A stretch of DNA of 32,000 nt from Candidatus Fokinia solitaria (GCF_003072485.1 NZ_CP025989.1:420001-452000), one strand, 5' to 3'; numbered from the stretch's first letter, positions 1 through 9,431 are shown. Numbers and translations are program-made. The notes: a model not told the origin generated them from the letters alone.

Positions 1-5
1 AGAAT

Positions 6-389
6 TTATTTTATTTCTACAGTACAACCAGCAGTTTTTAGTGTATTTGCAAATCCTTCTGCTTCCTGCTTAGTTACATCGCTTCTAAGAACTTTCGCGC
101 CTCCTGATGTAAGTTCATCAGCAATCGCCTTAGCTGCAACGAGACCATCAAGCGCACCGACTTCTTTAATTGCTTTCATTGCATCCATCCTCTTATTAGG
201 ATCTATTGCAGTAATAATCACATCAAAAGCTGTCTTTTCCTGCGCTTCTGCAGCAGGTGCCGCTGCACTAGCAGCAACCGCAACAGGCGCTGCAGCGGAA
301 ACTCCCCAAGCTTCCTCTAAATCTTTTACCAAAGTCGCGATTTCAGCAACAGACAATTCTGAAAGAGTCTTTATCAAATCGTTTTTCAT
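6..389 (-). CDS. rplL: 50S ribosomal protein L7/L12
   Basis: N-terminal MKNDLIKTLSELSVAEIATLVKDLEE, Ala-rich hinge, C-terminal EKTAFDVIITAIDPNKRMDAMKAIKEVGALDGLVAAKAIADELTSGGAKVLRSDVTKQEAEGFANTLKTAGCTVEIK. The ORF track extends to 422 but the conserved start is the internal Met at 389. Confidence 0.97.
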   Translation of the reverse strand: MKNDLIKTLSELSVAEIATLVKDLEEAWGVSAAAPVAVAASAAAPAAEAQEKTAFDVIITAIDPNKRMDAMKAIKEVGALDGLVAAKAIADELTSGGAKVLRSDVTKQEAEGFANTLKTAGCTVEIK

Positions 390-512
390 AACGTTACTAT
401 GGAAATTACAATTAAAAGTCATGTATTAACGATAGTAACATACAACACGTTATGGCGAAAAGCTATTGAAAATTACACTAATCTCAGAGAAATCGCAGAT
501 TGTTATAAACAA

Positions 513-803
513 TTAAACGCTTTTTGAATTTTTAGCTAAATTCAGCATCACAGCATGTTTCACACTCTTTGCACTATGCATGTTTAAGTAATGCACTACA
601 ACGCTATCCTGCTCTTTGCCATACATTTGGATCATACCAAACCCTGGTATTGACACAGTTGCGTACGACATTACAGCGCCCATTATATTTCTACAGAAAG
701 AATCCCATATCTTATATGCATCATTCTTAGTGATGTTATGCTCTCTCATAAGCGCTTCTACCACTTTTTGAGAATGCATTACATTTTCTATCTCTACGTT
801 CAT
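513..803 (-). CDS. Divergent HU/IHF-like DNA-binding protein
   Basis: 96 aa; ITKNDAYKIWDSFCRNIMGAVMSYATVSIPGFGMIQ resembles the HU/IHF helical part plus the GFGxF turn, and ends in a C-terminal helix. The canonical RNPxTG arm is absent. Confidence 0.45.
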   Translation of the reverse strand: MNVEIENVMHSQKVVEALMREHNITKNDAYKIWDSFCRNIMGAVMSYATVSIPGFGMIQMYGKEQDSVVVHYLNMHSAKSVKHAVMLNLAKNSKSV

Positions 804-951
804 ACAGAAAAAACTTTACTTATCTACGTTTATACGGACTATATATACACTATTTAGTGCAAAATACCAATATATCCGATAAAAAAAAGTACATCTAATA
901 TGTAGGAAATATAAAATTAAACTATCTTATTTGCCTGAAAAAGTAATACCT

Positions 952-2133
952 TTATTTTGTGCGCACAAGATTTTTATTTGCTTCATTAGCTATTATGTTT
1001 AATTGCTTATCCTGTTTTGTTATACGTGCCAAATCTTCCACTACTTTTTTGAAATCATTACTTGTTATCGTTGTTTGTGTGTTTGAATCTTTTTTCGTCC
1101 CAAAAATCTTTGCTGCTGCTGCATCGCCCATCATCTCAAATGAAGGCATAGGTACTTCATAACCTTTTATCTCCGGAGAAGACTTTGTTGCGTTTGGAAG
1201 CGTATTACTTTTACCCAAATAGCGCGATGTTACTTTCTTAATTATGTGTAAAGCAAGAAATCCAGCCCCCATAAGTATTGCAGCGTGTGGTAAAAACTTC
1301 ATATTTCCTAACAATTTTGTCATCGATAGTGCTTTTAAACCGACATATAAGCCTCCTACCGTTGCTGCAGCACTTACTCCTGTTACGGCATATTTCATTG
1401 CCATTGCACCTGTACGTTTAGCTCTACTGTTTTCATATTCTATGATGCATGGTGATACAGGAGATTGATTTGGAGAATACTGCTTAGTGCTACATATTTC
1501 TGCAGCAGCAGCAGTTTTTGCCATATTTTCAGGATCATTAATCTGTAATAGCATGGCTACTCGTGGTATATCGACAGGAGCAATATCAGCAGAGTTAAGA
1601 GAGATTGTTGTTACTGTTCCATTTCCTGAGACAGTATCTTGTAATTCTTGATATTTCTCACTGAGCGAAAGTGGTTTCTTTAGCGAAGAGAGTGTATTAC
1701 TACCTCCGGATAATGTGTTTGCATCGGTATAATTAAGAGGACTAGAGTGTACAGATTTCTTACATTTTTCTACATTACTATTAACTGTATTATAAAATTC
1801 CTGTAATTTTGGATTTTTAAGCAGTTCATCTTTATTTGGGCTTGTATCGGGAATTGTATAGAGTAATTTATTCAGTAGTACGTGAGAATAATATGCGAGT
1901 AAGCCATTACTTATAGCACTTTTTGAATCAGTACCTGGTGCAGGTTGTAACGAGTTATATTCCTTCGTTACATTATCGATCATCTGATTCAAAGTCTCAA
2001 TCTCTTCATTCTTCTTCTTCTCAGGTACTGAAGAAGAAATTGGCGTAATATTTCGCATCATAGAATCAAATTTTCCTTTTATATCTGATATTGCAGCTTG
2101 TGGCGATTGATTTTGTGACGTAACTTGTTGCAT
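952..2133 (-). CDS. Hypothetical protein with low-complexity polar N-terminal half and two predicted transmembrane segments
   Basis: 393 aa ORF; hydrophobic stretches YAVTGVSAAATVGGLYVGLKAL and FLPHAAILMGAGFLALHII. No family recognised. Confidence 0.7.
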   Translation of the reverse strand: MQQVTSQNQSPQAAISDIKGKFDSMMRNITPISSSVPEKKKNEEIETLNQMIDNVTKEYNSLQPAPGTDSKSAISNGLLAYYSHVLLNKLLYTIPDTSPNKDELLKNPKLQEFYNTVNSNVEKCKKSVHSSPLNYTDANTLSGGSNTLSSLKKPLSLSEKYQELQDTVSGNGTVTTISLNSADIAPVDIPRVAMLLQINDPENMAKTAAAAEICSTKQYSPNQSPVSPCIIEYENSRAKRTGAMAMKYAVTGVSAAATVGGLYVGLKALSMTKLLGNMKFLPHAAILMGAGFLALHIIKKVTSRYLGKSNTLPNATKSSPEIKGYEVPMPSFEMMGDAAAAKIFGTKKDSNTQTTITSNDFKKVVEDLARITKQDKQLNIIANEANKNLVRTK

Positions 2134-2213
2134 GACGACGATTTAGTAAATATTTCTTTTTTCAATTCTATCTTCTCTTTAATAAAATTTCAATAAGAAA
2201 TTATATCATTTAA

Positions 2214-3659
2214 TTATTTATCAATCGCTTTCAAATGGCTATGCACTCTGTAAACTATTTCGCTTCGTGCTAAAAGAGAGGTAATAAGTTTTATATCTGG
2301 CCCATTGCTTTCTCCAAACATAAGACTTCTTCTGATGCACTGTATCAAAGCACCTTTCTGTATTTTGACAGAAGAAGCAAGAATAAATAATGCATCAAGT
2401 ATTCCTTTTATTTCGTTTAAGGAAACTTGCTCACTATTGTCATTTTGTAGCAATATCAAGAATTGCTGTAATATAATACGGCAAGCGTCTTTATTTTCTT
2501 CTACTATGTGAGTGATAGCATCCTTATTAAAGGGCAATATATATTTTTCGACAAATAGTACTAATTCTTCAAGAGTATAAAATCTATCAACCAGTTCTTT
2601 GCAATTTATCGTTAGCTGTAACTTATCCATGTATAATTCATTCTGAATAAGAGAAGCTTTCGTACTATGAGTGCGCAACATCTCAATACAAGCGTGAAGT
2701 AAATCTTGTGGAGATGCATTTTTAATGTAATGGAGATTGATATTACGCAATTTAGCTATATCAAAACGAGATGGAGATTTAGAAATTTCATCTATGGAAA
2801 ATTTCGATAAAAGCATGGAAATATCTGCTATTTCTGTGGTACCATCTCCCCCCCATCCAAGTCTTATAAGATAGTTGCGTAAAGCTTCCGGGAGGTACCC
2901 CATTTTTTTATACTCTTCTACAGATATAGCGCCTTTTCTTTTAGATAATTTATGTCCATCCATATCGTGGATTAGAGGGATATGAGTGTATTTCGGTATA
3001 TTCCATTTCATACCGTTATATATGAGAATTTGACGAAATGTATTAGAAATATGATCATCTCCTCTGATCACATGGCTGATATTCATATCGTGATCATCTA
3101 CTACTACCGCAAGCATATAAGTAGGAGTACCATCAGATCTAAGCAATATCATGTCGTCTAATTCACTGCATGTAACGGTGAGTACTCCTCTTACGGTATC
3201 AGTAAAGGATACATACTCTGCATTATGTGCACAGTGTGACACCCTCAATCTTATTACTGGACTACGATCTTTTATTGGCGATGGAGGTACAGCTGCACTC
3301 CATGGACTGATAAGCTTCTTTGTAGGGTGTAACTGATGAAAGTCTTCTATCTCCTCTTTTGACATATAGCAATAATACGCCGCCCCTTTCTCCACAAGAG
3401 AATGTGCAACTTCTTGATGTCGAGTTTTATTGAGAGATTGAAAAACTGTTTCACCATCCCAGGTTATACCTAACCATAACATGCTATCTAATATTGAGCT
3501 GAGCGCATTTTCCTGCAGTCTCTGAGAATCTGTATCTTCTATTCTTAGTAGAAATTTTCCTCCATCCTTACGAGAAGTAAGCCAGTTGAAAAGTGCTGTA
3601 CGTGCAGAACCTATATGCAGATATCCACTAGGAGAAGGCGCGAAACGAGTTACTGTCAT
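2214..3659 (-). CDS. gltX: Glutamyl-tRNA synthetase
   Basis: MTVTRFAPSPSGYLHIGSARTALFNW (HIGH-type signature), DHDMNISHVIRGDDHISNT, and DGHKLSKRKGA (KMSKS-type). Start at 3659 preferred over 3665. Confidence 0.95.
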   Translation of the reverse strand: MTVTRFAPSPSGYLHIGSARTALFNWLTSRKDGGKFLLRIEDTDSQRLQENALSSILDSMLWLGITWDGETVFQSLNKTRHQEVAHSLVEKGAAYYCYMSKEEIEDFHQLHPTKKLISPWSAAVPPSPIKDRSPVIRLRVSHCAHNAEYVSFTDTVRGVLTVTCSELDDMILLRSDGTPTYMLAVVVDDHDMNISHVIRGDDHISNTFRQILIYNGMKWNIPKYTHIPLIHDMDGHKLSKRKGAISVEEYKKMGYLPEALRNYLIRLGWGGDGTTEIADISMLLSKFSIDEISKSPSRFDIAKLRNINLHYIKNASPQDLLHACIEMLRTHSTKASLIQNELYMDKLQLTINCKELVDRFYTLEELVLFVEKYILPFNKDAITHIVEENKDACRIILQQFLILLQNDNSEQVSLNEIKGILDALFILASSVKIQKGALIQCIRRSLMFGESNGPDIKLITSLLARSEIVYRVHSHLKAIDK

Positions 3660-4036
3660 GACCAAAATTCTAATCCTAATTTTTCGTAAATCGTCCTCAT
3701 AATAGGGAAGACAGAACCAATTACCTCAGCTTTATAAATAAAGAGTAATGTAAAGAGGTTTATAAATAGAAGTAGTAGCAAAAAGCCACAGACGACATTA
3801 AATATCATCTTCATTGCTTTTGAGTCGCTTTCCCTTGCAACATACTCAGCATTTTGAGGTATAACTGAGTGTACTGCATCATATTGCTCGGTGAGTTCTG
3901 GAATAAGATCTGACGCTTCTGCAAGCCATTCATGTTCGCATACGCCACATCGTACAAATCTTGGATGATCTACTAATAGAGTATTCTCAGATATTCTGAA
4001 TACTGCACCACAGTTATCGCAGCGTATGTTACTCAT
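3656..4036 (-). CDS. Zinc-ribbon (MJ0042-type) domain protein with C-terminal transmembrane helix
   Basis: MSNIRCDNCGAVFRISENTLLVDHPRFVRCGVCEHEWLA (two CxxC motifs) and hydrophobic IFNVVCGFLLLLLFINLFTLLFIY. Stop overlaps the gltX start by 4 nt (ATGA). Track start 4087; internal Met at 4036 preferred. Confidence 0.75.
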   Translation of the reverse strand: MSNIRCDNCGAVFRISENTLLVDHPRFVRCGVCEHEWLAEASDLIPELTEQYDAVHSVIPQNAEYVARESDSKAMKMIFNVVCGFLLLLLFINLFTLLFIYKAEVIGSVFPIMRTIYEKLGLEFWS

Positions 4037-4224
4037 CTTTTTATAAATGGATACATCGTTAGTCGATGCAGTAAAGTACATCGTCAATAAGCGAAATTGT
4101 ATAATGATTACGGTAAAACTTCAACTATCCTGCTAAATGCTGCTTTAGTTGATATATGTAAAGATTTTTCCAATATCACTGTGAAAATAAGTATAAATAT
4201 TTCAATTCTATTTTGTAGTTGTGA

Positions 4225-4253
4225 TTGACATTAATAACGCTATTTAGTACGTT
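4225..4253 (+). promoter_or_regulatory. Possible sigma-70-like promoter for tRNA-Glu
   Basis: Perfect -35 TTGACA at 4225-4230. With a 17-nt spacer the -10 is a weak TACGTT at 4248-4253, 11 nt before the tRNA start. Confidence 0.3.
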
Positions 4254-4263
4254 TGGTGGTGAA

Positions 4264-4338
4264 GACCCCTTCGTCTAGCGGTTAGGACACCACCCTTTCA
4301 CGGTGGTAACGCGGGTTCGATTCCCGCAGGGGTCACCA
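4264..4338 (+). tRNA. tRNA-Glu (anticodon TTC), CCA encoded
   Basis: GACCCCT...AGGGGTC acceptor stem, anticodon loop CTTTCAC, GGTTCGATTCC T-loop, encoded CCA. Confidence 0.97.
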
Positions 4339-4370
4339 TACTTTCGATTGATATCGTAATCTACTTTGCG

Positions 4371-5360
4371 CTAATATTTCAGAATTGCGCCACCGAAAGT
4401 CATTCCTGCGCCTGCTGATAGTAGCATGACAGTGTTTCCTCTTCTAAGCTTTTGACTCTTTACTGCTTCTTCTAATGCCAATGGAATAGAAGCTGCAGAG
4501 GTGTTTGCATGCTTTTGTATAGTTGTCATAAATTTATCAGTATCTACTCTCAATATATCAGCAACATTGTGTATAATTCTGATATTCGCTTGATGTGGAA
4601 TAAACAAATCTATATCCGTTAAAGCTATTGAAGTTTTTTTCGCTAAAGAGTTTGCCATTTGCACCATACCATTTATGGCTTTCTTAAAAACATCTCTTCC
4701 ATTCATGTGTAGTTTACCACTTCCTAAAGGAGGATCTACGAATAGCGAACTAACTCCTTCTGCTTCAGTGACAATGTCTGTTTTTACAATACCAGCATTT
4801 TCACCAATATCTGAGAAATCATCCGCATTATCTGATAATAATACCGCAGAGGCACCGTCGCCAAACAGTATACACGTATTTCTATCACTCCAGTCTACAA
4901 GTTTAGACATAGTATCAACACCGACAAGAAGCGCTCTAAAAGGCGCTGAAGAAGACTGTTTATGAAGTGTATGCAGTCCATTTATCACATGTAAGCCATA
5001 TGTGAAGCCTGAACACGCCGCTTGAAGATCGAAGCTAAAGCACTTACCGTTCTTGATATCAAGCTTATTCTGAAGCATGTTAGCGGTAGACGGAAATGAT
5101 GAATCTTGAGTTGTAGTCGCAACTACTATGCAGTCAATATCACTAGGAGATATTGTTGTAGTACTTTCAAAAACTCTTTTGCATGCATTATACGACATCA
5201 ATGTGGTAGTTTCACTCTCTCCATCAGCTATATACCTTTGTGTTATCCCTGTTCTGCTTGTAATCCATTCATCGTTTGAATCTATTGTTGCTACGATATC
5301 AGCATTTGTCACGCATTTTGCGGGAATATATGAAGATACATTCAGTATGGATAGAAGCAT
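4371..5360 (-). CDS. fabH: 3-oxoacyl-[acyl-carrier-protein] synthase III
   Basis: SYIPAKCVTNADIVATIDSNDEWITSRTGITQRY, catalytic Cys in DLQAACSGFTYGL, DLFIPHQANIRI, and NTSAASIPLAL. Confidence 0.96.
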   Translation of the reverse strand: MLLSILNVSSYIPAKCVTNADIVATIDSNDEWITSRTGITQRYIADGESETTTLMSYNACKRVFESTTTISPSDIDCIVVATTTQDSSFPSTANMLQNKLDIKNGKCFSFDLQAACSGFTYGLHVINGLHTLHKQSSSAPFRALLVGVDTMSKLVDWSDRNTCILFGDGASAVLLSDNADDFSDIGENAGIVKTDIVTEAEGVSSLFVDPPLGSGKLHMNGRDVFKKAINGMVQMANSLAKKTSIALTDIDLFIPHQANIRIIHNVADILRVDTDKFMTTIQKHANTSAASIPLALEEAVKSQKLRRGNTVMLLSAGAGMTFGGAILKY

Positions 5361-5423
5361 TGTACTTTCGATATATTATTAATATGCGATAAATTCTATC
5401 ACAGAGTGCTTATAATAACTATA

Positions 5424-5960
5424 TTAATCAAATTCCGGCTCTGTTTTTACTTTTATCCCTGTAGTTCTTTCCAGCATCGTATTTTCTTCTCTAAGCTTTA
5501 TTAATTCCAAGCAAGCTACGACCCCTTCTCTACTACAGATAATCACTTCTTCTTCGTTCATTTTAGGATCGATTACGGTTATGCCAATTGGCATATTTTG
5601 AATTGTCGCAAAATTTGTAATGCTGTTGATTAAGTTACAGATAACTGAATACTTATCAAATACTGAAGGAAATGGTATTACATCACCTATAACGATTATT
5701 ACACCTAGCAATTCTCTAGACTCAAACAGTATGTTCATAAAAACGGAAGCTTCAAATATCCTATTTTTTAAGGCATACACTTCGGGTTCTATCTTACTTG
5801 ATGCCAATATCTCTTGAATGGTACTGATAGAGCGTATGAGAAGCTTACTTTCTTCTCCTAGTACTAACATCAAGACTCTGTTTATATACATTAAAACATT
5901 AACATTTATTGCAATGCGATCTACTTTAGCGTTACTATATCCATAGTAAAGATATATCAT
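5424..5960 (-). CDS. Hypothetical protein
   Basis: 178 aa ORF filling the interval between fabH and miaA; no family recognised. Confidence 0.55.
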   Translation of the reverse strand: MIYLYYGYSNAKVDRIAINVNVLMYINRVLMLVLGEESKLLIRSISTIQEILASSKIEPEVYALKNRIFEASVFMNILFESRELLGVIIVIGDVIPFPSVFDKYSVICNLINSITNFATIQNMPIGITVIDPKMNEEEVIICSREGVVACLELIKLREENTMLERTTGIKVKTEPEFD

Positions 5961-6091
5961 CTTCTTTACACTGTATATTCGAGAGTCTTGTGTTGTTTTG
6001 GAATGAAATTTTCTTCAATTTCATGAAAGATATAGCAGTTTCACAGGTAAATAGTAGTAAAAGTATATAATCATATTTTAGCTTCAAAAGT

Positions 6092-6910
6092 GTGACTGAT
6101 GGAAGGAAGTTTCGTTTTATTTCGCATGATATTACCACTGAAATGTGTACGACGGAGCATGCGCTAAGATATTTGTGCGCGGCAGCAAGAGATAAGGAAA
6201 CGATTTTGTTTATCTATGGAGAGACTTGTAGTGGAAAATCCGATTTCGCAATGAAGCTTGCGAATATGTTTCCAGCATGCATTATTAATGCCGATTCTAC
6301 TCAAGTATACAAAGAAGTAGATGTACTTACAGATCAACCATCGAATAGTATCAAAAGTAGAAAGTCGCACTACTTATACGGCTTTTATGATGTTTTGAAT
6401 AAAAAACGCTTTTGTGTTGCAGATTGGTTTTATATGGCATTGGAAGAAATATCATATGCAAGCGAAAATGATGTCACTCCAATAGTGGTAGGAGGCACAG
6501 GACTTTACATGTATGTTCTCCTTCATGGTCTACTATCTGCAACAAAGGAAGGAGTGAGGCAACTTATTCATAAAGGATTAAAGGAGCGTTATAAGAAAGT
6601 TGTATGCGCATGGCTTCATCCCGATAGAAGATTTTTATATGATAAAATAAATTACAGAACGAGTACTATTTTACATAATGGCGCTATCGAAGAAGTAGAA
6701 AATCTCATGAAGAGAGCTTATAACAGCAACTTTCCGCTAGAAGACATACCGCGTATTATAGGATTGCACGACATAATAAAACACCTCCAAAATGAACTAT
6801 CATATACACAACTCTTAGAAAGAATGCAGCAAAAGACGAGAAATTATGCTAAGAGGCAAGTAACATGGTTTTCACATAAGATGATCCCCGACATCATCGT
6901 AAAAGTCTAA
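6092..6910 (+). CDS. miaA: tRNA dimethylallyltransferase
   Basis: P-loop IYGETCSGKSDFAMKLA, CIINADSTQVYKEVDVLTDQPS, VGGTGLYMYVLLHG, and TRNYAKRQVTWFSHKM. Start uncertain (GTG at 6092 or ATG at 6143). Confidence 0.93.
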   Translation: MTDGRKFRFISHDITTEMCTTEHALRYLCAAARDKETILFIYGETCSGKSDFAMKLANMFPACIINADSTQVYKEVDVLTDQPSNSIKSRKSHYLYGFYDVLNKKRFCVADWFYMALEEISYASENDVTPIVVGGTGLYMYVLLHGLLSATKEGVRQLIHKGLKERYKKVVCAWLHPDRRFLYDKINYRTSTILHNGAIEEVENLMKRAYNSNFPLEDIPRIIGLHDIIKHLQNELSYTQLLERMQQKTRNYAKRQVTWFSHKMIPDIIVKV

Positions 6911-6958
6911 TTGGTGCAAAAATTGCAATTAAGGAAAAATTCTAGTGCAACTTATATT

Positions 6959-7201
6959 TTAACTTTCGTCTGCTTTTTTAACTCCAGCAGTACGATGTAC
7001 AACCCTTCCCTTTCTCAAGTCATACGGACTTATCTCTACTGTTACCCTATCTCCTACCAATATCTTAATTCTGTTCTTTCTCATCTTTCCAGAAGTATAA
7101 GCAATAATCTGATGCTGATTATCTAACTCCACTCTAAACATGGCATTAGGTAAAAGTTCAGTAACCTTACCATGCATTTCTATCATATCATCCTTACTCA
7201 T
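6959..7201 (-). CDS. infA: Translation initiation factor IF-1
   Basis: [65 protein letters not shown] is close to the IF-1 S1-domain consensus. Confidence 0.96.
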   Translation of the reverse strand: MSKDDMIEMHGKVTELLPNAMFRVELDNQHQIIAYTSGKMRKNRIKILVGDRVTVEISPYDLRKGRVVHRTAGVKKADES

Positions 7202-7240
7202 CTAGATATCGCATACATAAACAATTACAAAGAAAAACGG

Positions 7241-7313
7241 CACGTCTAAAAGGATTTGAACCTTTGACCTTTACCTCCGGAGGGTAACGCTCTATCCACT
7301 GAGCTATAGACGC
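7241..7313 (-). tRNA. tRNA-Arg (anticodon CCG), CCA not encoded
   Basis: Reverse complement GCGTCTATAGCTCAGTGGATAGAGCGTTACCCTCCGGAGGTAAAGGTCAAAGGTTCAAATCCTTTTAGACGTG. Anticodon arm TTACC-CTCCGGA-GGTAA; 3' end followed by CCG rather than CCA. Confidence 0.95.
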
Positions 7314-7355
7314 ATGAGACACTTACTATAAAAAACTTCATGAAGATCATCAACT

Positions 7356-7679
7356 TCAAGATGAGAATTCAGGAATTTGCTGCCCTTCTTTGAGAGTTAC
7401 AATAGCTTTCTTATAACCGGAAACAACGCCCTTTTTACCGCGAAATACTCTCGTAGAAGGCTTCACATTAATCACATTTACTTTATCAACGCCTGCACTT
7501 AAAAACTTCTCTACCGCCTTTTGTATAAGTAATTTTGTGGCATCTTTTGACACAACTAAGACGTACTTTTTCTTATCCTTTTCTCCATCTTTTGAAGTTA
7601 CCTTCATGTTTTTCAGCAATTCGGTTTTTTCCGAAAACTTCACGCTCTTTATAACGTCATACAGACTATTGATCGGCAT
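7356..7679 (-). CDS. rplW: 50S ribosomal protein L23
   Basis: YDVIKSVKFSEKTELL..., KYVLVVSKDATKLLIQKAVEKFLSAGVDKVNVINVKPSTRVFRGKKGVVSGYKKAIVTLKEGQQI matches L23. Internal start at 7679 preferred over the track start 7742. Confidence 0.88.
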   Translation of the reverse strand: MPINSLYDVIKSVKFSEKTELLKNMKVTSKDGEKDKKKYVLVVSKDATKLLIQKAVEKFLSAGVDKVNVINVKPSTRVFRGKKGVVSGYKKAIVTLKEGQQIPEFSS

Positions 7680-7766
7680 ATCTAATATGATTTTAGCATA
7701 TAATATCTCACGTAATGTACACGTAAAATTGCTCTTTCGCAATTAGTATTTACTTATAGGCGTGTC

Positions 7767-9431
7767 ATGTATACCATCGGCAAAAAATTTTACTCGCATA
7801 TGGATAAGAGATTTTTTACCGTTCTACTACTCTGCGTATCCTTCTTAATAGGATGGCAGATGTTTGTTGTGCCATTCTTCACAAAAGATGCTGAAAAGCA
7901 AGAGATCTTAGCAAAGAAGTATGAATCTTTAGATCAATCATCAGATCTTGCTATTGATGCAAGCATTCATTCTCCTCATGATACTACTTCTATCGATATA
8001 GAAAATGATTACGTAAGAGTGCAAATTAATCCACTTGGTGCAACTCTGAGTGAAGTAAATTTGAAGAAATTTCTCGATGATAGTGGTAAGGAAATCGAAC
8101 TTTTATACGATCACTCTCCTAGAGATTACAAAGGTACCGTAGGATTTTCGTATGATGCCGCTGTTGAACAATCAGACTTTTACCCTTCTTCTCAAAGTTT
8201 ATGGAATATTCATAAAATCGCTGAAAATGCAGCAGTTCTACAATTTCAAAATAAGTACGGAATAAGATTTTATATATCGCTTGAACTCGATGAAAGCTAT
8301 ATTTTATCCGCTAAATATTGGTTTGATGGAGACTCTTCTATGAAGATTTCAGCTTATCCTTTTATGAAATTTCAAAAAAATACCAAAGAGTATCAGTACT
8401 CTATAATGTATTCTAAGAATGATAAGTTATACGAAATAGGACAATCAGATGATGAAAGATTAACAGCGAATGATGTTAAATGGCTTGGCATTGGAGAAAA
8501 GTACTGGCTATTAGCTACATTCTTTCCTCAAAAAGGCAATATGAAGCTTATGGTTAAATCAGTAGAAGCGGAAGGAGTGAAATTAATAGGATATAGAATT
8601 ATGCTAAGAGCTGACGAAGCCCTCTTACCTAATAAAAAGTCTGAAATATTACTATTTATAGGCCCTAAGCAACATGCGGTAATACAACAATGTGAAGAAG
8701 AATACTCTTTAGCTTTGTTTCATAAAAATATGGATTTCGGAATATTATACTTCATAGTAGTACCGATATATAAGCTCTTGATAGGAATTAATAAATTCAC
8801 CAACAATTTTGGAATATCTATCATATTTCTTACGATCATAATAAAGACTTTATTAGTACCTATTGCTTACTCTGGTGCAAAAAATACTAAGAAAATTAGC
8901 CTTGTTGCGCCGGAAATAGAGAAGATTAAACAGCAATATGGAAATGATAAAATAGGCGCGCATAACGCTACGATGACATTGTATAAACGCTATAAAATAA
9001 AACCGTTACGTACATTGTTGATGCTCTTGATACAACTTCCAATCTTTTTCTCGCTGTATAAGATTTTCTCAATCGCGATAGAAATGCGACATGCTTCATT
9101 TGCCTTTTGGATTACTGATTTATCGATACCTGATCCAAGTAATATATTTAATCTATTCGGATTATTGGACTTATCTCTTCCGAGTGGACTACGCTTAAAT
9201 CTGCTTTCCATACTCATGGCTGGCACATTATTCATACAGCAGCAGGTACAAGCATATGGAATACCGCAAAGTCCAGAGCATAATCTAGCATTTAAAATAA
9301 TGCCTATCATAATGCTTTTCATCTCACTGTCATTTCCTTCCGGGTTAATGATATACTGGATTACTAGTAATGTATTCTCCATTGCACAGCAGTTTTGTAT
9401 GCGTTATGCATTGAACAGTATAAAGCTGTAG
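7767..9431 (+). CDS. yidC: Membrane protein insertase YidC (Oxa1 family)
   Basis: Periplasmic beta-domain with NDYVRVQINPLGATLSEVNLKKF; C-terminal LYFIVVPIYKLLIGINKFTNNFGISIIFLTIIIKTLLVPIAYSGAKNTKKISLVAPEIEKIKQQYG. Confidence 0.96.
   Translation: MYTIGKKFYSHMDKRFFTVLLLCVSFLIGWQMFVVPFFTKDAEKQEILAKKYESLDQSSDLAIDASIHSPHDTTSIDIENDYVRVQINPLGATLSEVNLKKFLDDSGKEIELLYDHSPRDYKGTVGFSYDAAVEQSDFYPSSQSLWNIHKIAENAAVLQFQNKYGIRFYISLELDESYILSAKYWFDGDSSMKISAYPFMKFQKNTKEYQYSIMYSKNDKLYEIGQSDDERLTANDVKWLGIGEKYWLLATFFPQKGNMKLMVKSVEAEGVKLIGYRIMLRADEALLPNKKSEILLFIGPKQHAVIQQCEEEYSLALFHKNMDFGILYFIVVPIYKLLIGINKFTNNFGISIIFLTIIIKTLLVPIAYSGAKNTKKISLVAPEIEKIKQQYGNDKIGAHNATMTLYKRYKIKPLRTLLMLLIQLPIFFSLYKIFSIAIEMRHASFAFWITDLSIPDPSNIFNLFGLLDLSLPSGLRLNLLSILMAGTLFIQQQVQAYGIPQSPEHNLAFKIMPIIMLFISLSFPSGLMIYWITSNVFSIAQQFCMRYALNSIKL

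Noticed and set aside
959-1468. Plus-strand ORFs 959..1162 and 1244..1468
   Set aside because: Antisense to the longer 952..2133 ORF; short and Cys/Leu-rich as expected of shadow frames.
6959-7742. ORFs 6911..7126 (+), 7537..7746 (+) opposite infA and rplW
   Set aside because: Antisense shadows of strongly conserved genes; no recognisable motifs.
8990-9382. 130-aa ORF on the minus strand
   Set aside because: Lies entirely antisense to yidC; low-complexity, no homology pattern.
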